Source of the DNA: Vicugna vicugna
Taxonomy: Eukaryota
NCBI GenBank assembly: GCA_013265495.1
Contig: MU057930.1
Span: forward strand, 71,599-135,598
Direction of reading: 5' to 3'
DNA: 64,000 nt
A program made the position numbers and the translations under genes. Positions within the stretch are counted from its first letter, which is position 1. Every line of letters starts with the position of its first letter. Below are positions 50,420 to 62,930 of this stretch, piece after piece. A model generated the notes under the pieces. That model worked only from the letters and a program-made list of their open reading frames with translations. It was not told where the DNA came from and did not search any database.

Positions 50420-50609
50420 CAGTGGGTTCTCCACTGCGACCACTGTCTTCCCTTCCCCCTGCACCCCAGGGACCGTCAGAGAGTCTGGAGGACATGTTTG
50501 GTTGTCACAGCTGGGGCAGGCGGGATGTGTTACTACAACTCACAGGACGCCCCCACGATTGAGATTTATCCATCCCCAATCTCAACAGAGCCAAAACTGA
50601 GAAACGCTG
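50420..50609 (+). mobile_element. MER20 (hAT-Charlie MITE)
   Basis: cagtgggttctcca...gtctggaggacatgtttggttgtcacagctgggg...cacaggacgcccccac...tgagaaacgctg. Confidence 0.75.
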
Positions 50610-50637
50610 CCTTAGCATGAGAGTCTGCATGCTATAT

Positions 50638-51418
50638 ACCATCTATCCATCATCCAACCATTATCCATCCTTCTATGCATCCATCCATCCATCATCCATT
50701 CATCATCCAACCATTATCCATCCATCCATCCATCCATCATCCAACCATCCCCCCATCCATCTGTATCCACTCATCCATCCATAATCCATGCATCTATCCA
50801 TCCATCCATCTGTGCATCCATCTATTTTCCATCATCCAGTCATTATCCATCCTTCCATGCATCCATCCATCCGTCATCCATCCATCCATCCTCCATCCAT
50901 CCATCATCCATCCATCATTCATCCATTATTCATGCATCCATCCATCCATGCATCCATCCATCCATCATCATCCATGCATCCATCCATCCATCCATGCATC
51001 CATCCATCCATCATCCATCATCATCCATGCATCCATCCACCATCCCATGCATCCATCCATCCATCATCCATCATCATCCATGCATCCATCCATCCATCCA
51101 TGCATCCATCCATCCATCATCCATCATCATCCATGCATCCATCCATCCATCCATGCATGCATCCATCCATCATTCATTCATCATCCATGCATCTACCCAT
51201 ATATCCATCATCCATCCATCCAAGCATCCATTTATCCATCCATCCATACATCCATCATCAGCTACCTATCATCTGTCTACTATCTATCCATCTCCCTATC
51301 TATCTACCTATCTGTTCATCTATCAGTTACTTCTCTATCTATCCATCTATTATCTATCTATTCATCTATCTATGAGTTATGTACCTCTCATCCATCATCC
51401 ATCAATCATCTGTCTGTC
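50638..51418. repeat. (ATCC)n/(CAT)n compound microsatellite grading into (ATCT)n
   Basis: Read directly from the sequence, ~780 bp. Confidence 0.97.
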
Positions 51419-51421
51419 TCA

Positions 51422-51631
51422 CAATGGTTCTCAAGTATAAGCAATTCTGCCTTCCTGAGAAGATCTGTAAATATCTGGAGACATTTCTTGTCACAACTTG
51501 GGGGACTGATTCTCCTGGCATGTGGTGGGTGGAGACCAGGGATGTAGCTCCACACCCCACAGTGCACAGGACACTCCCCCACATCACAGAGTCCCCCAGC
51601 CCCAGATGTCAGCTAAGGCTGAGAAACCCTG
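51422..51631 (+). mobile_element. MER20 (hAT-Charlie MITE)
   Basis: caatggttctcaa...tctggagacatttcttgtcacaacttgggg...gtgcacaggac...aaggctgagaaaccctg. Confidence 0.82.
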
Positions 51632-52484
51632 GGTTACATATAAAAGCATGTATAAAATATTCGTATTTCCCAAATACACGTTCTGTGGTCATCACAGAAT
51701 CCAGAAATACACTTTGCAAAGCAAACAATTATCTGCCCTGTCTTTAGATGCAATTTTCAGAATTGAAATTCAGCCAGAAGCAGAAATGAGTACAACCAAC
51801 CCTCCACCCTGGCAAATTGCTCCCAAACAGATGTAATATACTTGACCGTGAGAACAGCAGCTTTGGAAAAGGGACTTCGGAAGCGACAAAAAGAATCTTT
51901 CAGGTCAGCGCTCCCCTCTGATCTTCAGAGCCACCCTGAGCGTTGACAGGTTGGGAAACTGAGGGCATGTCGGGGAGGGAGGGGTGCTGTTCCCAGTGTG
52001 AGTCAGTGGAAAAGAAGATTTACACTCTCCCCCAAACTCACTTGGAACAGATTTTAGGTCTAAGGAGGCAGGGGGACATCTGCTCCTGAAATGAAAGTGT
52101 GGGCGTGTCCAAGATTCTGGGACATCTGTCCTTTCCAGGAAGCAACAGAAGAATGCGTGAGGACACAGAACACAAGTGACAGAGAAGATGTTCCCGGGAA
52201 CCCTCCTCCACCCAGGATGACTCGCCCTCAACACAACCTTCAGAAGTTTTTCCACCACAAGAGGGGGACCAAGACCCGCCATGGTGGACACCCAATGCTC
52301 CCCATGCTGCCTCTCACGTGATCCCCCCAATGCACCCCAATTCCTCATCGTTCAGTAAGGTTCTGTCTCATCCTTCATTCTGGGACACCCACTGTCAGAA
52401 CTGCACGTCCCACCAGTTGGGACCCCAGCTCCGCTCTTGAGGTCATGACCACAGTAACATTTATGTTTCAGGAGACGGTTCACA

Positions 52485-52700
52485 GCCACGGTGCCTGGTT
52501 CTAATCTCAGCCCCACCATCTACTACCTGTGGGGAGGGGCTCTCGAGTTCCTGAGCATCTCAATACCTTCATTTCCTCATCTATAAAATCATGGTCATAA
52601 AAGTGCCTCTCTCAAAGCTTAACCATGGGGTGACATTGCTCATGTTATAAGATACTAGCAACAGAGCCTGGGATGTAGGAAGCTCTCAAGGTGTATTAGC
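52485..52700 (+). mobile_element. MIR-like ancient SINE
   Basis: cctggttctaatctcagcccc...tttcctcatctataaaat...tagcaacagagcctgg..gtaggaagctctcaa. Confidence 0.55.
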
Positions 52701-52759
52701 TTGTGGGCTGTGGTGGATAAAACACACATAATGTAAAATTTGCCATTTTTACATTAATT

Positions 52760-53215
52760 GTTACAAATGGAAAGCACTCAAATATCTATCGATGGATGAT
52801 GGATAAACAAATGGGGTCAATTAGCCACACCGGGGGAATATTACTCAGCCAGGAAAAGGAGTGAAGTTCTGACACAGGCAACAATGTGGATGGACCTTGA
52901 ACACAGGATGCTCTGTGAGAGAAGCCGACGCAGATGGACACACAGAAGATGTGATTCCATTTATAGGAAATGCCTAGGACAGGCAAACCCACAGAGGAAG
53001 AATGCAGCTTCAAGGCTGGCAGAGCCGGGGAGGTGCCGGCTGGGTTGATGGGCTCAGGAGATTCTTTTTGGTGCCATGAACATATTCTGAAGTTAGACCA
53101 TGGTGACGGTTACACAACTCTGTGAACATACTAAAAATAACTAAATTTTACCCTCTAAAGGCTGATTTCAAGGGTATATGATTACGTCTCAATAAAGCTG
53201 TATCAAAAACAAAAT
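52760..53215 (+). mobile_element. Old LINE-1 (L1MB/MC-like) 3' end
   Basis: ggaatattactcagccaggaaaagg...gattccatttataggaaatg...cacaactctgtgaacatactaaa...tctcaataaagctg. Confidence 0.75.
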
Positions 53216-53239
53216 AAATGGTCACTTAAAAAAACATTA

Positions 53240-53745
53240 AATTTTTAATAATTTTGTGACGTTCAGTGTTGTGCGGCCATCACTTCAATGCAGCTCCTGA
53301 ACATTTTCATCACCTCAAAAAGAAACACCCTATCCTAGAGCTGTCACCCCATAGTCCTTCCCCCACCCCCAGTTCCTGCTAATCTACAGTCTGTCTCCAA
53401 GGATTTGCCTGTTCTGGACATTTCCTGTAAGTGGAGTCACACACTGTGTGTCCGTCTGTGTCTGCTTCTCTCATGGAGCATCCTGTGTTCAAGGTCCATC
53501 CACGCTGCAGCCTGTGTCAGAGCTTCACTCCTTTTCCTGGCTGAGTAATATTCCAGCGAACAGCCGGATGCCATACTGCTTATCCATCCACCCCCTGGAT
53601 GCCTGGATGGATTCCTGGGTGATTTCCATCTTCTGGCGATTGTGAATAGTGCCGCTATGAACATTCAGGCACGAGGTTTTGTGCAGACACCTGTTCTCAG
53701 CTTTCTTCTATAAATACCAAGAGATGTGACAACAGTAACATATGT
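53240..53745 (-). mobile_element. Old LINE-1 (L1MB-like) 3' end
   Basis: ORF 53437-53664 MFIAALFTIARRWK...EYYSARKRSE; gaacattttcatcacctcaaaaagaaac. Confidence 0.8.
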
Positions 53746-54436
53746 TCAACTCATATGCTGATATGCTAACTCACTCGTTTAACTTGTGGACGACCGGCCT
53801 CTACAATAGCTTTGACAATCGCATTTCGTTCCGACTCCTCCAGCCTGGGGACTCCCGGAATTCCTCCTTCTGCCCATTTACATCCCAATATGTGTGCGCT
53901 CAGAATGTTTCATCTCTTTGCTGGGATATCTCTGGACTCAAACACCTCATCCTTGAGGCTCAAACAGCCACCTGTCCAGAATGCCATGGGGTGACCCTTC
54001 CTCATCCCGTTTCCCCCACTTTCTGTCTTTATATTAAACCTCAGATGTTACGAAGACCCGCAGGATCACCTGGGTCGGCAGGAAAGCTTCCCTTTTTAAT
54101 TTTTCCAAATGGCTCAGGGCTTTCCTCTAGGAAGCTGACTACTCCAACTGTGTTCCTCCGTTCAGCTGTAGTGCATTTCTCTGGTAAACATATTCTAGAA
54201 AGAGAGTCAGGAGATGCTCCCTAAATCACCCCATCACAGTACCAACGCCAGAAGAAGTAAGAGGTGGGGAGAGAGAGTCAGCGTCACCAACGTCATTCAC
54301 ATAAATATTAGGAGGAAGCATACCCCATTTTCTATCTTCCTGTTGATTTCAGTTATTCCTGATGATAATGCTGAGAATCTGCGCAAAAAAAAGCCTAAAC
54401 ATCACGATGCAACAGTCTGCATGCACGTGGTCCTGC

Positions 54437-54642
54437 CTGGCGGGGCCCCTGTGTCTGGGGGGGCCCCTGTGTCTGGGGGGGCCCCTGTGTCTGGCGGGGC
54501 ACCTGTGTCTGGCGGGGCACATGTGTCTGGCGGGGCACCTGTGTCTGGTGGGGCCCCTGTGTCTGTGGGGCCCCTGTGTCTGTGGGGCTCCTGTGTCAGG
54601 CAGACCCCTGTGTGTGGCGGGGCACCTGTGCCTGGAGGGGCA
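54437..54642. repeat. 18-bp GC-rich minisatellite, ~11 copies
   Basis: Unit ctggcggggc(a/c)cctgtgt; gives SGGAPV/LGGPLC peptide repeats in the ORF track. Confidence 0.95.
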
Positions 54643-56902
54643 CAGCAAGCAAAGAGAAACTGTCAGGACCCAGCCCACATGGGCAACCTGCACCTCCACT
54701 CTCTTCCGTGGCCACAGACAGTGCCCCAGACTCAGCGCCCCCTCCTCTCAGTGCACAATCCAGCTACGTGAGCTGGAAGCAGGGCTGAGACGTGAATTCT
54801 CTGGGGGAAAAGCTGAGTGTGGACAACATCCCAATGACCTTCTGCACCACCTGCAGTAGCAACTCTCGTGAAAGCTGCTTCCTCAATTTCCATGCAGACA
54901 AACGGACGTGCAGGAAGGCCCCGGGGTTTGCAGGTTCCAAGGTCACATGACACCTGGCCAAGATGAGTGTGAGTGTATTTGGTTTTTTAGTTTAGAACTC
55001 AAGAGCAAAGGGTTGAATTAATCCAGTCCTAGGTTCACAGAACTTCACCACCACTGGTCTCTGCAAAGCCTCTCTCCTTTTTATCCCTCCCTCCCTCCCT
55101 TCTGTCCTTCCTTCCTTCCACCCCACCCCCAACCCCCATTCCGCTCTGTCCCCTGACAGCATCCATCACACTTGTATCTGACACCCACCCTTTCCTTTCC
55201 ACGCGGCCTTATCCCTCTGCACCGTCCTGTACGAACAGTCATCCCCACCCTTGATTCATATTAAGGGCACAGAACCAACCACACACCCTGCCTCCTGCCC
55301 CTCGTCCCTTCATCCGGCAGGGCGCCCTCACACTGGAGACTCTCCGCCCATTTACATCTTGATCCCCGCCTCCCAGACTCACCAACAGTGCCACGGCAGA
55401 GAAACCTGGTCCTGGAGAAACCAGAATCTCAGCTGGGACCACTCACAAGAACCAGTAAAATGATGGCTGCCTCTGTAAAAGCGTCCAGCATTGCAACCCC
55501 GGCTGTCTATGAAATTCTGGGTAAAGGGGGTTTCCGTGGGCACTTGAGCCAGCCAAGTCCAGCTATCACCCCACTACCACGGACTACTCACCTTTAATCT
55601 CAACAGGCTGCTTGCTTTAAAAATTAATAATTATAATAATCAAAGCAATCTTTTGAGCTGCCAACAGCTTCAACTGACTTCCTGGCTTGGTTTGCTCTTG
55701 TCTGATACAGTCTATGTCTGTCCACCACCCAAGTGACCTTGTCACACATCCCACAAGCGGTGACCTAAGGCCATGCAATTCCACGAATTCCGCAGCAGTC
55801 AGCGTCGTCCTAAAGCAAGCCCTGGGCACCCCGGGGCCCTGCGGTGAGCGAGCAGCGGGGGACGACCCCGCAGAAGCACAGGCGGCTCGGACCCGTGCCT
55901 TCTCCTTGAGGCACAAGACCGCCCTCCAGCCACTGAGCCTTGCGTGGCTCAGAATTCAAGGACCCTGGACCGTCAGCGGAGCCTTCAGACTGATTTCCTG
56001 TAGGCATGTCAAGTCAGAAAGGATGGCTTGCCCTCTTCAAATTGTGCATGACACGTGATGCGTTTTCCAGCCCTGGGCCCTTCGGGGGTGACTCTCAGAC
56101 TTGACTCTGAATATTCGAGTTGGCACAGTCTCCTATGCTGTCGGTGACTTTCAAGAGCTCCAGCCACCACGGTCCCAGTGGCCGGCTGGCCGAGCACAGG
56201 GAAGAGAGGTGGCCGTGGGGCTGGGTACCAGACACACACGGTGGAGCCCCGACTGCCCGGTGACCCTTCAAACAAGGTGACCTCCCTCTGTAGGAGACGC
56301 CCAAACTCCCCAGCCAAGCTCTTCTCACTCCTAAAGTCACTCAAGAGTATCACGCGGTCCTTAGGGATGTATGCATGTTTCCTAAGAATTAGATGTTCAG
56401 CTCAAATTTGAGGTGCTGAAAACCTACCCAACCAGCGACCTGAGTTTAGTGGACAAAACGCACGCGGGAAGGGAGAAAGGAGAGGGTACCTCGCAGGTGG
56501 AATACGGGAGCAAAGACACGGGTGACAACCTCAGGCATGTGGTCAAAGGGCACTGCGTCTGCTCCAGACGAGAGCATGACTCAGGATCAGCCAGCTGACC
56601 GGGCACCGCAGCAGCAATCAGGAGACGAGAGACTGGGTATCTCAGCACATCCTGTCACAGCACAGCTACAGGCAGTATGCCAGGGGCCTAACTCAGCAAA
56701 GGCCAATCCCCCAAGTGGCCAGATGGCTTCTGATAAGAGAGGCTGGGGGACAGGAAGGACAAACGGGGTCTTTTCTCTGCGCAATGGGAAGCCCAGACCT
56801 ACAGCGACGGTGCTGATTAAACCCACAGGCAACTGCAAGGACACACCACACACTTCGGGAAACTAAGATTTTTCTTTTTCTAAAAAGGACCTGCATAGAC
56901 AT

Positions 56903-57500
56903 GATTCCAAGGAAGACACACAGATGGCCTGCAGGTACATAGAAAGATGCTCAACATCACTAAGTGTCAAGAGAAACATAAATCAAAACCCCTCCCCCCC
57001 GTCAGAATGGCCGTCAGCAAGAAGGCAAGTAATAACAAGTGTTGGCGAGGATGTGGAGATAAAGGGAACCCTTGGGCACCGTTCATGGGAATGTAAATTG
57101 GTGCAGCCACTGTGGGGAACAGGATAGAGGTGCCTTAAAAGATTAAAAATAAAACTAGCACATGACTAAGCATTTCCACTCCTGGGCACATATCCAAAAA
57201 AACCAAAAAAAAAAAATTGAAAAGACATCTGCACCCCAATGTTCACAGCAGCACTATTTACAATAGCCAACCTAAACAACCTCAATGTCCATCAACAGAT
57301 GACTGGATAAAGCAGTTGTGGGATAGTTACACAGTGGAATACTACTCGGCCATGAAAAAGAATAAAACAACACCATTTGCAGCAACATGGATGGACCTGG
57401 AGATCATCATTCTAAGTGAAGTAAGCCAGAAACAGAAAGAAAAATGCCATATGCTATCACTTATGTGTGGAATCTTAAAAAAAAAGGATACAAATGAACT
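56903..57500 (+). mobile_element. LINE-1 ORF2 C-terminal fragment, degenerate
   Basis: agatggcc..caggtacatagaaagatgctcaacatcact...ggaatgtaaattggtgcagccact; translation EYYSAMKKNKTTPFAATWMDLE. Confidence 0.9.
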
Positions 57501-57734
57501 AATTATTATTTATAACTTAGATGACTGATTTCTTGAATATGTGTAAGCACTTTTATGGCTGGATCACCGCGTTCTGTTGATTCTTATTTTGGGGTTGGCT
57601 TTATTCCTTTGATAACTATGTCAGTTGAAAAAGCTAAAGCTCTAAACTGTTCTTAGAAACAAACAACATAGAGGTAAATCTTAAAATGGTTTTGTCTCCC
57701 CCTCAAAAAAATAGAGAATAAAAATAAAATTTTA

Positions 57735-58345
57735 AAAAAGACAGTATTTACGGCCAAGGAGAAAAAATGGGAGTGTTCACGAGGAAATTAGAATTGTGGG
57801 AAAGTTGTGTGGGCTGTTGTGAGTTTGAAAGTCTCCCAACAGGTAAGTGTCTTTCTTTATGAGATCAGTGGTTACACTAACAAAAGTGATTTTTTTTTGG
57901 ATGCTGTGTGATTGAACATGTCTACATTGGGAAGACCTCCATAACTCTGCGAACAAATATTTTCCAAAGGACCACTGGGCAAAGGATGCATCCTAAATGT
58001 CTAAATGCTGAGATCACCAATCAATTTGAATTGAACGGACTAGGAAAATTTCATTCACCACGATTCCAGATTCCAGATTGGAGTCAGCCATTATGAAAAG
58101 ACCACTTGTTGGTTCACAGGGGTGGAGGGGCTGACATCTGAGATAATCCACCATTGTCCGGAGAAGCGATCAAAACACCCTTTCGTTTTGCAGGGAATGC
58201 GTCAGTCTGAGGTTGAATTTTCCTGGAGGGAAACAACATATTGGGGCAGATTGCCTGCAGGACTCAACACAAGAACCTGGCTGTCTTTCCTCTTAAAGCA
58301 TGCATCTGCAAAAATGTGAGACGTTTGCAGAAATGTGAGACAATA
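57735..58345 (+). mobile_element. Charlie1-like hAT transposase remnant
   Basis: gagatcagtggttacactaacaaaagtgattttt...acattgggaagacctccataactctgcgaacaaatattttccaaaggacca...tttgcagaaatgtgagacaat matches the remembered Charlie1 3' region; no intact ORF. Confidence 0.65.
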
Positions 58346-58435
58346 CCCCAGACAGACTCCTACTGAATCCAGGAGCAGGGACGGAGGCTCAGGGAGCAGC
58401 ATGAGCCACACAGGGTGCATTCGTGAAAGAAATGA

Positions 58436-58712
58436 AGATTTTTTTTTATAAAGAATTTAAAAAAGAATAAAAGATTAAAAAGAATTTTTAAAAATTTAAG
58501 AATAAAGAATAAAAGAATTTTTTAAAAATTTTAAAGAATAAAAAATAAAAAGGAATGTAAAAATTTTCATAAGGAAATAAAAGTGAAATTAAAATTTTTT
58601 AAGAATAAAAAAGAATTAAAAAAATTTTAAGACTAAAAAATAAACATTTTTAAAAATGTTAAAGAATAAAAAATTAAAAATTAAAAAATAAATATTTCTA
58701 AGTAATAAAAAG
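58436..58712. repeat. AT-rich low-complexity tract (degenerate aagaataaaa / tttaaaaa)
   Basis: Read directly from the sequence; almost no C. Confidence 0.9.
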
Positions 58713-60728
58713 AGACTAAGCCAGCTCCTTCTTGCCCAAGGTGTGTGCTGAATTCTCCTCCCCAGCCGGTTTGTCCCCGTGGAAGTCAATGGTCAGAGAC
58801 GTCTTTGAAGTTAAAAAGCCCCGTCTGACTGGCCTCGGAGAGTGTCAGCGATCAGCATGGCCACCCTGAGGGAGCAGGGAGCCGTGCTGAGACCCCACCT
58901 ACGTGACCGCATCATTTAAGGGTCCCCAGACCCCCAATTTTACCCTGAGGGCAGCGTGCGAGGGTCCCTCGTTACCCTGTCTTTGCAGAGTGTTTGTTCC
59001 ACAGAGCACAACAAACTGGAAACCAAGCGGGAAAAGAGGACAAAGGGTCACAAAGAAGACACGTCGAAGGAGCCTGTTAAGTCCCCCAAGGGCGTGCGTT
59101 CTCACGGCTCCGGGCTTACAGCTCCCCAACGTGAGTGCGTCTTCCTCTTTGCAGCACTAAGGCGGCTTTCCCTCTGCCCCTTTGCCTCTGCTGAGACCTA
59201 CTTCACGGCCGGAAGACAAGGACCCACACGTCGGGGTTGTCTCCCCACTTTGAGGGGCTTCCCCATCCACGAACTCTTCCTCCAGATGCCCAGGTGCCCC
59301 TGCTCACCCTGCAGCACAGACCCTCGTTGGGTCACGGGGAGATGGGGGAGTTCACAGTCCACCATCTAGGACCACTCGGCCGGCCGCACCCCTGCTCATG
59401 GCACCCGGGGTCTGAGCACTGAGAAGGCCTTTCCTCTCTTCTTCGGGGACTGCCACCCACCAGACTGGCCCTAAGAACCTCTCCCTCACTCGCGCTGCAT
59501 TTTCACGGATAAAACGCGCTTGGACCTGCCGCGGCATCACAGACGACGAGAGGGCTGCCAGCAAATTATCACAAACCTGCCTCTCACCTGCCGTCTCTAA
59601 ACATTCCAGATTCCCCGGGGCAAAGCCCCTTTACGAAACCACCACTTGGGTTTGGAAGGGCGTCAAAGACTTCCCAAAAGTCTTTGAAAAAGCTGTTGAA
59701 ACACCACCTCCCTTTTTCCAGCTATGTATCTGGCTGAGGCTGGACCGACCTTCCTTCCTTCCATCCTCCCTCCATTCCTTCTCCTCCTTTCCTTCCTTCC
59801 TTTTTGAACATAGTTACCAGTGTCATGCAGAAGAAACCTGTGGATTATGGCGCTGGACTTTCTCGAACAGAAAGAGCTACTGTAAGAGACAGAAGGAACA
59901 AGCTGACGGGAGACCCAGCTCAGAAGCCACAGGGTGAGACACGGCGTCCAGCGTCCGCGGGTGGACTCAAGGTTCCACACGTCTTATGCTTCTGCAAAGC
60001 TCCCCCATTGCTGCAAATGCGGTCCCAGAGGCTGACAGCCACATTCGCCTGCCCACGCTGCGTTCAACCTGTTGCAACGTGTCATTTCTACGGAAGAAAA
60101 CCCGACCTCACGCGCACATCTCACTGGGAAACCGAGGCATGTTTTTTGGTAGCTTTTGCAGACAACTGTGGACTATCTTCCAAGTCACCCGTGAAACCAG
60201 CAAAGCGTCTTGTCATAACGGCTCACGGCAATCTGGAATCTGGAATCTGCAGTGAGATTTTCTTATTGTATCAGGGCCAGACTGGCCGGCCCGGCTGGCA
60301 CTCGGAATGGAGCACTTGCTGACGCACGGAGAAAAGAAATGGAAACGGTGCCCCAGGTTGCAAAGGCGGTGCACCTTCCCGGAGACCACGTGTGGTCACC
60401 ACCTGGGTTTTGTCTTCTTGTATTTTGACGCCACGTTCCTTGGACGTGTGTCCTCCCTTGGTGTTGTGTTCAAAGTGCTCCTCCCAACAGCCTGTCCCCA
60501 TCACACACCCAGGACAGGCAACATTAGATACACCACACTTTAGAGAACCTCCAAGGGCCACCAGACTCGGGACGAAGCCATGATTTCCCCAAACTGGGAT
60601 GGGAGGGACAAAAGGCAATACGAATGATCCTCAACCCAAGATGGCTCACAGAATCAGGAGTTCCCAGGACTGTAGACCATTCTAGGGGGTCAGACCTGGG
60701 GTGAAAAGCAGGTGGACCATGGTGCGTG

Positions 60729-61239
60729 GTGGACGGTGACCTGGCCCCCCCCCNNNNNNNNNNNNNNNNNNNNNNNNNNGACAGCCTGCCCCAAGCATCT
60801 GCCCTGCACTGGGACCTCCTCACCCACCGCCAGCCCTGTGATCACAGACCACCTTGCGCATACTTGGAAGACACCGGATGCATCTTGAATGCTGCCTGAC
60901 CTCAGAGCACAGAGTCTCAGAAACTTGGCTACAGTCATTCCCTTCCGTCATCTTTCTCCCATGAGGAGGTTACAATTACAGTGGACGGTGACCTGGCCCC
61001 CCCCCCACACCTGAGATGAAGGCTGTCATCTCGAGACAGCCTGCCCCTCCCCAAGCATCTGCCCTGCACTGGGACCTCCTCACCCACCACCAGCCCTGTG
61101 ATCACAGACCACCTTGCGCATACTTGGAAGACACCGGACGCATCTTGAATGCTGCCTGACCTCAGAGCACAGAGTCTCAGAAACATAGCTACGGTCATTC
61201 CCTTCCGTCATCTTTCTCCCATGAGGAGGTTACAATTAC
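60729..61239. repeat. ~255-bp direct tandem duplication spanning an assembly gap (26 N at 60754-60779)
   Basis: Copies at 60729-60979 and 60981-61239, both gtggacggtgacctggcccc...atgaggaggttacaattac. Confidence 0.93.
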
Positions 61240-61855
61240 TCTCAGCACAGGCTGGGGGTCCAGGATTTACTCCACAGACCCCAGGGGTCTCTACCTGCAT
61301 CCCAGCTCATTTCCCTGTGTGATGCTCTGCATCCTTGGGACCACTCTGCAAAGTGCAGGTGGATGCAGAGTAAAACTCAGCCCCCGAAGAGCTGATGCCG
61401 AGGTTTGGGGACAAGGCGGGTGACCCACTTCTGGTCCAAACTGTGGCCATTTCACACACGTGCAGGCTTTTTTGTTTTTAACCTGCCCAGGCTTGGGATT
61501 GAGGTGCCCCAGGGGGGAGGGAACCGCGGGGCTCGCCTCAGAGAGACCCAGGAATGGCTAACGCCACAGCCCACGTTTTCACAGCACAACTTTCTTCAGC
61601 AGAGAGACAGAGAGATGCTATTTCCTTCGATAATTAGTTTTAAATTGAAACATCATCTGGGGACTGAAAATAAGAACAGAAAAATGTCATCTCTCTCTTC
61701 TCGACTATGAATGAGCGGAAGGTACAGCGCTGTTCAGCCGGGCACGACAACATTTGCAATCTCTCTTACGGACCTACGGTGTCTAGTGGTTTTCCATGAA
61801 ATAAAGTCATCAGAGAGGGAGGTGGAGGAGCATTGTGGTGTCTGAAATGTTCTTT

Positions 61856-62252
61856 CACACATACACACACCACACACACCCTGCACACACACACCACACA
61901 CACATACGACCCACACACACCACACCCACACACACACCACGCACACCACACACACACACCATACACACCCACACACACACACACACACCACACACCCCCC
62001 ACACAGCACACACCCACCCCCACACACACCACACCCACACACACACCACGCACACCACACACACACACCATACACACCCACACACACACACACACACCAC
62101 ACACCCCCCACACAGCACACACCCACCCACATACACACCACACCCACATACACACCACACACACCACACACACACACCATACACACCCACACACACATAC
62201 ACACCCACACACCACACACACATCCCAGACACACACCACACATACACCACAC
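61856..62252. repeat. CA-rich array with 109-bp higher-order period
   Basis: Landmark G at 61941/62050 and 62006/62115; ccatacacacc at 61959/62068/62177. Confidence 0.92.
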
Positions 62253-62463
62253 TTAAGATCTGAAACTAATTTAGCAAAAATGTATCACTTGCTAAAACTG
62301 CATAGTAAAACTGCAGGCACACAGCTTTTTTTAATGTTCTCTGTGTCTTTTGTACGTATGAAATATTTTACAATAGAAAAAATTTTAAGGGACATTGACA
62401 TTCAAACCATTGCCGCAAAATGAAGGTGCTAATTTGCGTTAATCAAACGTGGATGTGAATTCA

Positions 62464-62930
62464 CAGGCAGGGCTCATTTTATTGTGCCTCGAAGATGCAA
62501 TGTTTTTTACAGATTGAGGGTTCGGGGCCGCCCTGCCCAAGCACGCCTACAGGGCCATGTTCCCAGCAGCATTTGCTCACTCGGTGTCTCTGGGTCACAT
62601 TTTGGTAACTCTCCCCACATTTCAAATTTGTTCATTATGATTCAATTCAATGGTATTGGTGATCAGTGATCTCGGATGCTACTACTATGACTTGCTTCAG
62701 GCTCCGAAGAGGGGGAGCGTTTTTTAGCAAAAAAGTATTTTTAATTAATTAATGAACATTGCTCTTGAGACATAATGCCATTACACACTTAACAGACTAC
62801 AGTCTAATTTAAACATAACTTTCACATGCACTGGAAAATCAAAACAAAATTGTATGTCTTGTTTTATTGAGATATTCACTTTCTTTGCAGTGGGTTGGAA
62901 CGGAACCCAGAGTATCTCTGAGGTCTGCCT
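62464..62930 (+). mobile_element. Internally deleted Tigger1 derivative (non-autonomous), both ends present
   Basis: Starts caggcagggctcattttattgtgc and ends gtatctctgaggtctgcct (degenerate TIRs); Tigger1 5' and 3' blocks are joined. Confidence 0.85.

Noticed and set aside
50675..51547. 290-aa His/Pro/Ser/Ile-rich ORF and overlapping ORFs
   Set aside because: Translation of an (ATCC)n microsatellite.
61734..62423. His/Thr-rich and Cys/Val-rich ORFs
   Set aside because: Translation of a CA-rich array. The same applies to the ORFs at 14.7-15.9 kb.
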